From assembly GCA_002733215.1 (NCBI GenBank), contig NVUY01000015.1, positions 324-64,323 of the forward strand: DNA of 64,000 nucleotides, given 5' to 3'. Under the pieces are notes generated by a model. That model was not told where the DNA came from, did no database searches, and saw only the letters and a list, made by a program, of their open reading frames with translations. Each line of letters opens with the position of its first letter. The stretch's first letter is position 1. This document shows, in pieces, positions 1-10,467 of this stretch. The position numbers were made by a program, and so were the translations under genes. The DNA comes from Sulfurovum sp. GTDB lineage: Bacteria > Campylobacterota > Campylobacteria > Campylobacterales > Sulfurovaceae.

Positions 1-1
1 A

Positions 2-508
2 GAAGCAAGTGAAAGCTATGAGATAGATCTGCCTTTTTTTGAACAGATAGGGGCATCTGCATTGACAGACAAGCATATAGATGTACCTACTGGAGGCATA
101 GAAGAGGGTGTCCCTGTCACCTATGTACCTTTTAGAAATGGTATCTTTCTCTCCATCGCTGCAGCTGTGGCAGAAAAACATGCTGCCCAGGCACTCTTTA
201 TCGGTGTGGTGGAAGAAGACAGTTCCGGTTACCCTGACTGTCGTGAAAATTATATAGAACAAATGCAAGATGCCATTAACCTTGGTACCAAAGATGAAAC
301 GCAGCTAGAGATAAAGATGCCTTTGGTAGCTTTGAAAAAAAGTCAGATAGTTCAAAAGTCTTTGGCACTTCATGTCCCTTTGGAAGATACATGGAGCTGT
401 TATAAATCTGAAGAAAAAGCCTGTGGTCTGTGTGACTCTTGCAGATTGAGACTGAAAGGCTTTAAAGAAGCCGGGCTGGTTGACCCGATCTCTTATGACC
501 TGTTATGA
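2..508 (+). CDS. queC: 7-cyano-7-deazaguanine synthase (5'-partial)
   Basis: TYVPFRN, SGYPDCR and TWSCY...CGLCDSC motifs; frame open from base 2. Confidence 0.95.
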   Translation, partial: EASESYEIDLPFFEQIGASALTDKHIDVPTGGIEEGVPVTYVPFRNGIFLSIAAAVAEKHAAQALFIGVVEEDSSGYPDCRENYIEQMQDAINLGTKDETQLEIKMPLVALKKSQIVQKSLALHVPLEDTWSCYKSEEKACGLCDSCRLRLKGFKEAGLVDPISYDLL

Positions 509-877
509 GTGGTGTTGAAAGCCATTGGCAATAAAGTTAAATTCATAGCTGCGATCCGGATATTGGGCAAGACCTTCAGATATAAATTGCTGTCGTGAGA
601 TCTGTCTGTTCCAGTATCTATAGGTTAAGCTCTTAAACCATGCTTTCTTCTCGGGAGTATCAAGAGCAATTCTTTGGTAATTTGGATCATGCTGTATACC
701 TCCTGCTACTTTTCTCATGGTTTGCTGATAAGATTCTGATTGTGCCGCAGTGGGTTGTTGATGTTGTTTGGCTTTTGGTGCAGATGCTACTTCCGGGGAA
801 GTGAGTGCATTGATGGTATTCGTACATCCTGAGAAGCCCAGGGCAACACAAGCTGCGATGGTTAAACGTAATTTCAT
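503..877 (-). CDS. hypothetical lipoprotein
   Basis: Lipobox FSGC after hydrophobic N-terminus; AAGGA RBS. Confidence 0.75.
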   Translation of the reverse strand: MKLRLTIAACVALGFSGCTNTINALTSPEVASAPKAKQHQQPTAAQSESYQQTMRKVAGGIQHDPNYQRIALDTPEKKAWFKSLTYRYWNRQISRQQFISEGLAQYPDRSYEFNFIANGFQHHS

Positions 878-988
878 TTTTTTCCTTTAGTTAGGATCAA
901 TTCTTTTCCTAAAACCTATTTTAACGAAATCAAATAAAATTAACTATATATCTATGCTATAATCTTGCAAAAATTAAGGCTTTAAGCT

Positions 989-2029
989 ATGAGAATCCCC
1001 GCTAAATCACCACAGGCAAAAGAAGCAACCCTTCTGGTTGAAGGTCTACAGGCTTATTTTGTTTCAAAATTGAATTCTCTTGCTCTGGCATATGGAGAAG
1101 GGAAATCCTGTGAGACAGTGATATGGAGTCGTGACGGCGGTAAACACGGTGGCGGTGTACGGTATGAAACCAGAGATTCTGTTGTGTTTGACAGGGGTTC
1201 AGTGAATGTCTCTCAAGTCCATTATGATGATACCGAACATAAAAAACTGGGTTCTGCCACGGCTATCTCCACTATTATCCATCCACGTAATCCGCATGCG
1301 CCCTCGATGCACATGCATATCTCATGGACGCAAATGAAAGAGGGAAGTGGCTACTGGCGTGTGATGGCTGACCTGAATCCTTCCATCATCAGTGAAGCAG
1401 ACCTGGATAAAAAGATCTTTTCTACCACCCTTCAGAAGGTGACAGGTATACTCTATGAAGAGGGTGCTGCCCAGGGTGACAGGTATTTTAATATTCCTGC
1501 CTTAGGCAGACATCGCGGTGTCAGTCATTATTATCTTGAAGGGTACAACAGCGGAAATTTTGAAACAGATAAAAATTTTGCTTTGGAGATAGCGGAATCT
1601 GTGATCGACACTTACATCTCTATCCTCTCGGCTAAACTCACGGCACACAGTACCTTTACAGAAGAAGACAAAGAAGAACAGCTCGCTTACCATACACTTT
1701 ATCTTTTCCAGGTACTTACACTGGACAGAGGTACCACCTCAGGACTACTTGTGCACGATCAGAATGATGTGGGTATCATGGGTTCCATCCCCTCACATGT
1801 CAACAGAGATATTTTAGCGTCTTGGGTAGAGAAAATGTCTGCACCTCAAGATATTTTACTTAAGTCCTTACTGAAAGTTTTACCTGATCAGGTACCTACA
1901 CCTGTGGAAGAAAAGACAAAAAAAGCATTGGCTAATGCGGTCCGTAAACATTATAAAAAATACCCAGAAGCTTTGAGTATGCAGGCCTCAGGAGAAAGTG
2001 TTCCTTCTACGGTTGAGAATCATGTGTAG
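989..2029 (+). CDS. hemF: oxygen-dependent coproporphyrinogen III oxidase
   Basis: GGG, SVNVSQV, STIIHPRNPHAPSMH, RHRGV and DRGT motifs. Confidence 0.85.
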   Translation: MRIPAKSPQAKEATLLVEGLQAYFVSKLNSLALAYGEGKSCETVIWSRDGGKHGGGVRYETRDSVVFDRGSVNVSQVHYDDTEHKKLGSATAISTIIHPRNPHAPSMHMHISWTQMKEGSGYWRVMADLNPSIISEADLDKKIFSTTLQKVTGILYEEGAAQGDRYFNIPALGRHRGVSHYYLEGYNSGNFETDKNFALEIAESVIDTYISILSAKLTAHSTFTEEDKEEQLAYHTLYLFQVLTLDRGTTSGLLVHDQNDVGIMGSIPSHVNRDILASWVEKMSAPQDILLKSLLKVLPDQVPTPVEEKTKKALANAVRKHYKKYPEALSMQASGESVPSTVENHV

Positions 2030-2102
2030 GGTGTTGTACGATTCAGCATTTAGTGCTTCACTTGCACTGCATTTTAATGCTTGTGTCCTCACAACACCCT
2101 AC
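2026..2102. repeat. GTAG-type REP doublet between convergent genes
   Basis: GTAGGGTGTTGT (2026-2037) ... ACAACACCCTAC (2091-2102), perfect 12-bp inverted repeat. Confidence 0.7.
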
Positions 2103-2590
2103 GCAAATATAAATTTTCCTAATTTTTTGTCTTTTTTCACCTTTTCATACGTATCCATCACGCCGTTCATGGCAATATAAATTCCAGATTTTTCCAGCGC
2201 ATTTATATATCCGTAAGCCGAAGATAAATTTGCAGTAGCTTCTACGGGGTCTATACTGTAGGGAACCATAGCTCCTGTAAATACTATGCATTTTTCACAG
2301 TCTCCGTCAAAGAGGTATTCGGCTGTCATATTCATAGTGTCTGTGCCGTGTATGACAATAATATATTCATAGCCTGAGTGACTTATCGTTGCCAATAGTT
2401 CCAGTCTATCCTGATTTGTCATATCAAGACTGTCTTTGCCTATGATATTGAGTACTTCAAACTCACAAAACCATTTGTTGGCTATTTGTTCAACAGTATG
2501 TGCTGTTTTGCTAACAATCAATTCACCATTAAGAGGATCATATACTTTGTTAAATGTGCCACCTGTGTTGATTATGAGTATTTTGCGCAT
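2099..2590 (-). CDS. asparaginase/glutaminase N-terminal domain protein (short form)
   Basis: TGGTF, DSLDM, HGTDTM and TGAM motifs; start moved to ATG 2590 after AAGGA. Confidence 0.85.
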   Translation of the reverse strand: MRKILIINTGGTFNKVYDPLNGELIVSKTAHTVEQIANKWFCEFEVLNIIGKDSLDMTNQDRLELLATISHSGYEYIIVIHGTDTMNMTAEYLFDGDCEKCIVFTGAMVPYSIDPVEATANLSSAYGYINALEKSGIYIAMNGVMDTYEKVKKDKKLGKFIFA

Positions 2591-2671
2591 TTGATTCCTT
2601 CTATCTGGGATGGGTTTCTTATATTTTACCTCAATGATGTTAAAATGTTGGAATTTATTTTGGGAGTTCAC

Positions 2672-3496
2672 ATGGTAATGAAGGGTAAAAAGGGTGTTAT
2701 TTTAGGTATCGCCAATAAAAAATCAATCGCATACGGTATTGCAAAGGCATGTCAGGAGCAGGGTGCGGAGATGGCGATCACATTTCTTAATGAAAGATTT
2801 GAGCAAAAACTGGTTCCTATCGCAGAAGATCTGGACTGTGGGGCAAGACTTTATCCTTGTGATGTCTCTAAACCTGAAGAGATCACAGCACTTAAGGAGT
2901 CATTGGAAAAAGATTTTGGTCAGATAGATTTCATTGTGCACTCCATTGCTTTTGCTCCCAAAGAAGGATTAAGCGGACGTTTTGTGAATATTTCGAAAGA
3001 AGCATTTGGCGTTTCCCTGGATATCTCTGTCTATTCACTCATCGAGATCGTACGTGAACTTAAACCGATCCTCTCTTCCAGTTCATCTGTATTGACATTG
3101 AGCTATTATGGTGGAGAAAAATGGATCCCGAATTATAATCTGATGGGTGTGGCAAAAGCGGCCTTGGAAATGACAGTAAAATACCTTGCTGAAGACTTAG
3201 GAAGAGACGGTATTAGAGTCAATGCCATTTCCGCCGGTCCCATCAAAACACTTGCTGCGGCAGGGATAGGTGACTTTGGCTTTATGCTCAAGTGGAATAA
3301 AGCCCATTCACCGCTTAAAGAAAATGTCAGCATCAGCCAAGTAGGTAATTCCGGTATGTATCTGCTTTCAGATCTGAGTTCCGCTGTCACCGGTGAAATA
3401 CATTATGTAGATGGCGGATATAATATAATGGGTATGCCTGCGGTTGAGTTTGATGATGAAGGTAAGCCTCACATTGCCTGGAACGGTGAAAAATAA
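2672..3496 (+). CDS. fabI: enoyl-ACP reductase
   Basis: GIANKKSIAYGI, YNLMGVAKAAL and ISAGPIKTLA; start at ATG 2672. Confidence 0.97.
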   Translation: MVMKGKKGVILGIANKKSIAYGIAKACQEQGAEMAITFLNERFEQKLVPIAEDLDCGARLYPCDVSKPEEITALKESLEKDFGQIDFIVHSIAFAPKEGLSGRFVNISKEAFGVSLDISVYSLIEIVRELKPILSSSSSVLTLSYYGGEKWIPNYNLMGVAKAALEMTVKYLAEDLGRDGIRVNAISAGPIKTLAAAGIGDFGFMLKWNKAHSPLKENVSISQVGNSGMYLLSDLSSAVTGEIHYVDGGYNIMGMPAVEFDDEGKPHIAWNGEK

Positions 3497-3500
3497 TTAA

Positions 3501-3609
3501 GGGCACCTCCAATGCCATTAAGTTAAGGATTATTTTACATAAGGAGCAGGGACTTCAGTCCCGTTTTATGGGACTGAAGTCCCTACTCCACGAAAAGATT
3601 TATCCTTAA
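3501..3609. repeat. nested palindromic element (GGAG-type REP doublet inside outer inverted repeats), copy 1
   Basis: GGAGCAGGGACTTCAGTCCC (3543-3562) / GGGACTGAAGTCCCTACTCC (3570-3589); outer TTAAGGAT/ATCCTTAA; leader CAATGCCATTAAGTTAAG also at 58503. Confidence 0.8.
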
Positions 3610-3619
3610 GAAGATCTCT

Positions 3620-4684
3620 TTAATTTTTCAACTTTTTAAAGGGAAAAAGTAATAACGAAGCGATACTCAGCATAGCTATGAGTATCGTGTCACTCAAATG
3701 TTTCATAAGCGATAAAAACACTTTCCAGATCTCACCTTTGTACCCCACTTTTGCATAAGATTTCATCCGTTTTGTTGTTTTGATAAAATGTTTTTCTCCA
3801 CCTTTGAGTAGCTGTATAAACCCATTGTCTGCATAGCTTGTGGCCAGTTTTACAGTATTTTTATCGTAGTGGCGCAGGGTATCTGTATGGGTTAAAAGCT
3901 TGGTATTTGAGAGATCTAACATGAGTACTGTGTTTTTACCATAATGTTTACTAAGTGTAGACATGGTTTCTAATTCATCTGTATTTTTACTCTTTGAAAG
4001 TATCTTGAGTGTGTTTTTTAGTCCTACTTCTTCGTGAATGTCAGAAATGTTGTTCAGTAAAGGTTTGACTGTCTGAATACTTTTTGTTTCGCGAATCTGC
4101 CTGCTTTGACGTAGAAGATACTTTTTGAGCCATGAGGGTATTTTATTGCTCCTGTGTGCCAGTTTCAGTACAGATATACCACCTTTGGCTGTGGAAGAAG
4201 TACCAAATGTAAAAAATGTACTGACAGAGGCAACAAGTCCTATGCCGGAGAGTGATACAAGGACTGTGTCCACCTTTTCATCTTTAAAATAGTGTGATCC
4301 CTCTATGGCCAGATCCCGCAGATCACCGATAAGAAAAAAGTCAGAACTTATGGCAGAGACTTGACCTAGCATTTCATCACTTGTTCCTGTATATATGCCT
4401 TCAAAGATCTTGTTGCTTCGGTACTCAAAACTTTCTCTTTTTGTTTGTATGTTTCTGAGCAGGTCTTGGGCTTCAGCTACCTGTGATACATAATCAAACT
4501 GCATAAAATACTCAAGGTATTCCTGTGCATCTGCATATTTTTCTTGAGAGATGAGTACTTTTGTATGTGGAAGCGGATCTACCCTTACGAGTGTATGGTA
4601 GGCATAGGTATGTTTTTGGTACAGTAAAACAGCAGATAATACAATGATACTGATGAGTGAAATCTTGTAAAAAAGTTTATACAT
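3620..4684 (-). CDS. hypothetical membrane-anchored protein
   Basis: 354-aa ORF with N-terminal, central and C-terminal hydrophobic segments. Confidence 0.7.
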   Translation of the reverse strand: MYKLFYKISLISIIVLSAVLLYQKHTYAYHTLVRVDPLPHTKVLISQEKYADAQEYLEYFMQFDYVSQVAEAQDLLRNIQTKRESFEYRSNKIFEGIYTGTSDEMLGQVSAISSDFFLIGDLRDLAIEGSHYFKDEKVDTVLVSLSGIGLVASVSTFFTFGTSSTAKGGISVLKLAHRSNKIPSWLKKYLLRQSRQIRETKSIQTVKPLLNNISDIHEEVGLKNTLKILSKSKNTDELETMSTLSKHYGKNTVLMLDLSNTKLLTHTDTLRHYDKNTVKLATSYADNGFIQLLKGGEKHFIKTTKRMKSYAKVGYKGEIWKVFLSLMKHLSDTILIAMLSIASLLLFPFKKLKN

Positions 4685-4740
4685 ATGTCATTGTATCAAG
4701 TAAAGATGATAAAATACAAGAAAATAAAGGTTTATTCTGC

Positions 4741-5496
4741 ATGCAAGACTCAAAAGAGTACCTGGCTAAAAAAGCATTTTTCGATAAGGTACTGACTATT
4801 TACGGACGTAATGCTGTGATGGAAGCACTGGAAAATGAGGCTGTGACCCTACATAAACTGCATCTTTCCAAGTCAAACAAAGATGCCTCTGTACTTGAAG
4901 AGATGAAAGGCATTGCTAAAAGACGAGAGATAGAAGTCGCTTACCATGACAAACAGTCTCTTTCACGCATTTCAAAAAATGCAAAACAGGACCAGGGTGT
5001 GGCACTGGACATTGTGCTTGAACATTTTGGAGATGAAGAGAGTTTTAGATCGAAACATCATCGCTATCGTATCATCGCGCTTGACGGCGTGACAAACCCT
5101 CAAAATCTTGGTATGATCATCCGTTCCTGTGCAGCGGGGAATGTAGATGCCATACTGCTTCCAACAAAAGGTGCCGCACAGATTAGCCCCCTTGTGATAA
5201 AAGCTTCAGTGGGTACTCTGTTTAAAATGCCTATTATCAAAACTACCAATCTGGCAAACACACTAAGAAGTTTTCAACATGAAGGGGCATCTGTCTATAC
5301 TCTCTCTTCTCTTGCCTCCCTCAGCTATAAAAACCAAACTTATACAGACAAAACTATCTTTGTGCTTGGTAATGAAAGTGAAGGGGTGAGCAAAGCAGTA
5401 GAGTCTCTGTGTGATGAAAGTATTGCTATCCCTATGCAAAGAGGGGTAGAGTCTCTTAATGTGGCTGTCACTGCTTCTTTGTTGGCATTTCTCTAA
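4741..5496 (+). CDS. TrmH/SpoU-family RNA methyltransferase
   Basis: LDGVTNPQNLGMIIRS, GNESEG and SLNVAV motifs. Confidence 0.92.
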   Translation: MQDSKEYLAKKAFFDKVLTIYGRNAVMEALENEAVTLHKLHLSKSNKDASVLEEMKGIAKRREIEVAYHDKQSLSRISKNAKQDQGVALDIVLEHFGDEESFRSKHHRYRIIALDGVTNPQNLGMIIRSCAAGNVDAILLPTKGAAQISPLVIKASVGTLFKMPIIKTTNLANTLRSFQHEGASVYTLSSLASLSYKNQTYTDKTIFVLGNESEGVSKAVESLCDESIAIPMQRGVESLNVAVTASLLAFL

Positions 5497-5673
5497 TCTA
5501 AACGATTGGTGACTTTGAGAGCTTGATCAAATCAACAGGATAAACAATCAGGTTCTATGTTCAATTTGCATCCTCCTTCATCGCATTTTTGGGTAATGCA
5601 ATATTGGTTTCTATGAAGTGAAAAAGTAGATATATAGTGTTATAATTGACAAAAAGTATATGGAGTTGTAATA

Positions 5674-7062
5674 GTGTTGAATGAAAATATAACAATTGAA
5701 GACGCACACAAGAAGATAAAAGAAGAGGTACATAAGCTAGTAGAGAGTCATCGTATTGAGCATGATGTTTTTTATCAGGCACTTGAAGAGGTGTTATTCT
5801 CTATTGCACCACTTTATCTTGCGGATGAAAGATATGCAAAACATAATATTATCAGAAGATTGGCGAATCCTGACAGAATTATAAAGTTTAAGGTTGAATG
5901 GATGAATGACAAGAATGAAATTCGGGTCAATACCGGCTACAGGATCCAGTTCAATAATTCACTTGGCCCGTACAAAGGGGGTCTTCGTTTTCATCCATCA
6001 GTAAATGAAGGCGTTTTGAAGTTTTTAGGGTTTGAACAGATCCTTAAAAATGCGCTGACCGGACTGCCGATAGGCGGTGCAAAAGGTGGAAGTGACTTTG
6101 ACCCAAAAGGGAAAAGTGACTTTGAAGTGATGAAATTCTGTACGGCTTTCATGAGAGAACTGCATAAATACATCGGTCCGCGTATGGATGTTCCTGCGGG
6201 AGATATCGGAGTGGGGTCAAGAGAAATATCATACCTTTTTGGTGAATACAAAAAGATCACTTCAACTTTTGATGGTATTTTAACCGGAAAACCGTTATTT
6301 TCAGGAGGTTCTCTCGCTCGTACAGAAGCTACAGGTTACGGAGTGGTTTATTTTACTGAAGCTATGTTGGAAACAGAAAATAAAGAGAGCCTCGAAGGTA
6401 AGATCTGTAACGTGAGCGGTGCAGGAAATGTCGCACTTCACACGATAGAAAAGCTTCTTCAGATAGGAGCTATTCCTGTGACTTGTACAGACTCAAAAGG
6501 AACGATCTATGATGCCAGAGGTGTAGATCTGGAATTTTTAAAAGACTTGAAATTCAACCGTAGGGGCTCTTTGGAAGAGTATGTTGTAAAACATCCTGAA
6601 GCTATTTACATCCCTGTGTCAGAATATCCTGAAGGAGGGCATGCCGTATGGCACATAGAATGTTATGCTGCTTTTCCTTGTTCTACACAAAATGAGTTGA
6701 CTAAGATCGATGCTGATACTCTCCTTGCAAATGGTTGTGTCTCTGTGACGGAAGGGGCCAATATGCCATCTACTCCGGAAGCCATGGCAACCTTCCTGGA
6801 AAATAAGATCTGTTTTGGCCCGGCTAAAGCGGCCAATGCAGGCGGTGTTGCTGTAAGTAGTTTTGAAATGAGCCAAAATGCCTCTATGATCAAATGGAGT
6901 TTTGAAGAGGTGGATGCCAGACTAAAAACGACAATGCAGAATATTTGTAAAGATATTGCCACTACGGCTAAAGAGTATGGTGTTGAAGGAAACTATGTGG
7001 ATGGTGCAAATATTACCGGATTCAAGAAAGTTGCTGATGTGATGATCGCTGAGGGAATATAG
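5674..7062 (+). CDS. gdhA: NADP-specific glutamate dehydrogenase
   Basis: GPYKGGLRFHP, GGAKGGSDFDP, PAGDIGVG and KAANAGGV. Confidence 0.96.
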   Translation: MLNENITIEDAHKKIKEEVHKLVESHRIEHDVFYQALEEVLFSIAPLYLADERYAKHNIIRRLANPDRIIKFKVEWMNDKNEIRVNTGYRIQFNNSLGPYKGGLRFHPSVNEGVLKFLGFEQILKNALTGLPIGGAKGGSDFDPKGKSDFEVMKFCTAFMRELHKYIGPRMDVPAGDIGVGSREISYLFGEYKKITSTFDGILTGKPLFSGGSLARTEATGYGVVYFTEAMLETENKESLEGKICNVSGAGNVALHTIEKLLQIGAIPVTCTDSKGTIYDARGVDLEFLKDLKFNRRGSLEEYVVKHPEAIYIPVSEYPEGGHAVWHIECYAAFPCSTQNELTKIDADTLLANGCVSVTEGANMPSTPEAMATFLENKICFGPAKAANAGGVAVSSFEMSQNASMIKWSFEEVDARLKTTMQNICKDIATTAKEYGVEGNYVDGANITGFKKVADVMIAEGI

Positions 7063-7250
7063 CATTATTTTCATCTATAAAAAGTATAAGGGTACCTCCA
7101 ATGACCCTCTATGCTTATATTCGACATAGACTTCCAATGTCATTGACTATCTTGTCTCTCTGATCTCTTGGGTTATTGTTGAAAAATTTCTTTTTACTTA
7201 ATTGTTATAGTACAATACCTTTGATACATAAAAGTACAAAGGAAGTATAA

Positions 7251-7979
7251 ATGTCAGATATTCGAAAAAGTGACAGTAACCAAGGTGTAGACAGAAAAGA
7301 GGCAATGAAAAACTTAAGACATGATATGAAAAAAGAGCATGAGTGTCTGGAGGAAAACCAGCATTGTGCCAATGCACGTAAGGGGATCCTCGCCAGCATG
7401 CAATCCGTTATGAGCTTAGATAAAGAGTATTTCACAAAGTTTTATAAAGATCATCAGGTTTTTGCTGTAAATTTTTCTGATTACAAATATGTTGAAGAAC
7501 TGTGTGCTTTGATCTGTGCTGCCGAAAGTTGGTATACTTTACCTGGTGATAACCTGCCCGGTGATCCGGATGATCCTTATGGAGACGTTGGTTGGATCGG
7601 TGGATTGAACCTTCATATTCACGCTAGTTTATATTTCGGATTTACAAAAAAAGAGATGTTGCGGTTATTCCAGATCCTCCAGGAAGTAAAAGAGATAGAG
7701 ATCAATGATCTTGCTCTACCGGGATATACTATTCCAAAGATTGAACTGAAAGACTCAGAAGATTGGATGCTGTATTATGTTGCTGCTGTTGTTGTAAAGT
7801 GCAAAGCAGCAATTTTGCATTTTGAAAGCAGAAGAGAAGAGTTGGGAATTTCTGCAGAGTTAAGAGATGATATCGTGGGAGCTATACGAACGACTTATTG
7901 GTGGAAACACATGATGATGAGTCGGGTTATTGATTTCTCTACAGAAGGATTGCCGCCGGAAGTTCTTGAAAGAATTTAG
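7251..7979 (+). CDS. hypothetical protein, possibly two AhpD/CMD-like helical domains
   Basis: AAGGA RBS; LHIHASLYFGFTKKEM resembles the CMD HxxxAlxxGxTxxE pattern; function uncertain. Confidence 0.6.
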   Translation: MSDIRKSDSNQGVDRKEAMKNLRHDMKKEHECLEENQHCANARKGILASMQSVMSLDKEYFTKFYKDHQVFAVNFSDYKYVEELCALICAAESWYTLPGDNLPGDPDDPYGDVGWIGGLNLHIHASLYFGFTKKEMLRLFQILQEVKEIEINDLALPGYTIPKIELKDSEDWMLYYVAAVVVKCKAAILHFESRREELGISAELRDDIVGAIRTTYWWKHMMMSRVIDFSTEGLPPEVLERI

Positions 7980-9854
7980 GAACTGTGTGCTTTAGCATCT
8001 AAAAAGAGTTTTTCAAACGCATCCGCTTTCATAGGTTTTGAAAAGTAATAGCCTTGTAATACATCACATTTTTGATCTACAAGAAACTTTCGCTGTTCCT
8101 CATTTTCAATGCCTTCTGCAACAATGTTTAATCTGAGATTTTTAGCAATAGCAAAGATGGTTTTAATAAAGTACCTGTCTTCTTCATTTTCAAGAGTATT
8201 CAATTCCGATATGAACGATTTGTCTATCTTGATCTCATCGACGGGTAATTGACGAAGATAACTTAAAGAGGAATACCCTGTCCCAAAATCATCCATTGAA
8301 AAACGAATACCATAGCTTTGAAGTATTTTCATATTGGTAATTAGCTGTTTTACATCTTCTGCGACAGTAGTCTCTGTGATTTCAAAAACGATTTTTGAAC
8401 ATTGTTCTTTTGTAAGATATTTGTCACAGAGCTCTTTGATATCATCTAGAAAAGTATGATGAAAGAGTTGTCTCATACTAATGTTAATGGACATCTGTTG
8501 TAAAGAAATACCTTTGTCTTCCCACTTTTTAAATGTATAAAATGACTCTTTTAAAATCTCATACCCCAACTCTATGATGAAACCTGTTTTTTCAGAAATA
8601 GGGATAAACTCTGCAGGACCGACTTCTCCAAGCTTTTCATTATCCCAGCGTGCAAGCACTTCACAGCCAATGATCTCATTTTCAGGATTGTATTGTGGCT
8701 GATAAGCCAATGATATCTCGTTATTATCAAGAGAAAAATGTAATAAACGTTCTATTTCAAGTTTCCGTTCAACTCGTTTTGCAAGTTTATCATTGAAAAA
8801 TATGATGCCGTTCCTACCCTGTACTTTAGCTTCGTACATGGCGATATCTGCTTCTTTTACAAAGGTACTGGCATCTATTTTTGGATTAGAGATAATACTC
8901 ACACCGATACTGGCACTAATATACAAATGATGTTCTCCAATACGGTAACTTTCTCTGATAACTTCCAGTAGTTTTTGTGAAAAGTGTGACGCCTGTTCTA
9001 TACATTCTTTCTTTGTAGCATAATCAGAACTAAGGATGCAAAACTCATCTCCTCCGAGACGTGATACATTGTTATTATACTCTTTCGAAAGAGATAACAT
9101 ACGCTTTGCGACCTGCCGAAGCAATACATCCCCGATATCATGTCCCAGGGTATCATTAATGGTCTTAAAATAGTCCAGATCGATCAGTAACAAATAGATA
9201 TGTGTATTGGTCTGTTTTTGGCTTTTCATGGCGTTATTGAGAAGTTCAATAAAATAATGCCTGTTCCCAAGTGATGTTAAAAAGTCATGATAGGCCTGAT
9301 ATTGACTTTTTATAAGATAATTAAATGTATTGCGTGAAGCATATAATAATACACCACTTAAGACCACGGTAAAAAAAAGCCAGTAGGTAGCTGTAAAACT
9401 CACCGATTAAAATAAAATAAATGGTTAAAGGGAGCATTAGGGAGACCAAAGTAGCAACAGCCAGTTTTTTCTGTGAGACCAAGATAGTTGTAGAGACCAC
9501 AGTGACACCCAATTGCGTTGCGATAGCCATATAATGTAACTCTATATTACTGCGTGATACGTACATGAGGAACATGATCGTCCAAACTGAGAAATAAGAA
9601 AATAAAAAATATCTCAGTTGATGAAGCCATTTTTCCTTTTGTTGTATATCAAGATCATTGTCTAAGTAAAATCTATGGAGTCTGTATCCCCAAAAAGAGA
9701 GGGTCAGAACAAGAGAAAACCATAAAAGTTCAGGAAGCAAAGAGGAATAGAGCCATCCCATATAAATATAACCTATACCAGTACCGACAAAAAGTGCGAT
9801 CACGATAAGTATTTGTTTGTGCATGAAATGATAAAAATTCATATTGTCGAGCAT
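7976..9854 (-). pseudogene. membrane GGDEF-EAL protein split by a frameshift in a homopolymer tract
   Basis: ORF 9321-9854 (TM helices) and ORF 7976-9403 (GGDEF, EVL, DDFGTGYSS) fuse if one base is removed from A8 at 9371-9378. Confidence 0.85.
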
Positions 9855-9875
9855 GGAACACCTTAAAAATTATTA

Positions 9876-10364
9876 TTATTTAGCTTTTCCCTGTTCAATG
9901 GTTATTTGGATCAGAAGTTTATCTGTTTCAGAATATACTCTGATAATACCATTAAAAGTACCATGCAGGAATACTGCTTTTTTGATTTTTCCTGTTGTAT
10001 TATACACTTTACCCACACCATTTTTTTCCCCATTTTTGAATGGTATTTCAAATTTAAGTTTACCTGTGCTGTAATATTCTTTAAACACACCATTTATAGT
10101 ACCGTCTACAAATGGTATTTCAAATTTAAGTTTACCAGACCTGTAATACTCTTTAAACACACCGTTTAAAATGCCATCTTTGTAGGGTATTTCTGCTATT
10201 GGTTTGCCCGTTTCAAAATACACTTTCTCCACACCATTCTTTTTATTATGTGTGTAAGGTATTTCTGATTTAAGTTTACCAGTTTCGTAAAATTCTTTTT
10301 CAGTATAAGTATTCTGGGCAAACAGACTTCCCGACAACATACATATTAATAACAACTTTTTCAT
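9876..10364 (-). CDS. MORN-variant repeat protein (YwqK-like), secreted
   Basis: Signal peptide; repeated YYxxGKLKxEIPxxxGxxNG units of 24 aa. Confidence 0.85.
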   Translation of the reverse strand: MKKLLLICMLSGSLFAQNTYTEKEFYETGKLKSEIPYTHNKKNGVEKVYFETGKPIAEIPYKDGILNGVFKEYYRSGKLKFEIPFVDGTINGVFKEYYSTGKLKFEIPFKNGEKNGVGKVYNTTGKIKKAVFLHGTFNGIIRVYSETDKLLIQITIEQGKAK

Positions 10365-10467
10365 ATTTTACCTAAATCCTCAACTTTTTAATTTTCTTCT
10401 ATCTGTCCTTTATTATTATACCATTATGTTAAACTATAGTATATGAAAACCAGAAGGTAGGTGTTAG

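Noticed and set aside
2486-2671. N-terminal extensions of fabI and the asparaginase-like ORF
   Set aside because: Overlapping divergent extensions; the real starts with RBS are at 2672 and 2590.
10030-10170. 72-bp-period DNA repeat as a DGR template/variable pair
   Set aside because: Explained by 24-aa MORN-variant protein repeats; no reverse transcriptase in the window.
9876-10364. YwqK-type immunity protein of a toxin system
   Set aside because: No adjacent toxin; signal-peptide MORN-variant proteins are commonly stand-alone.
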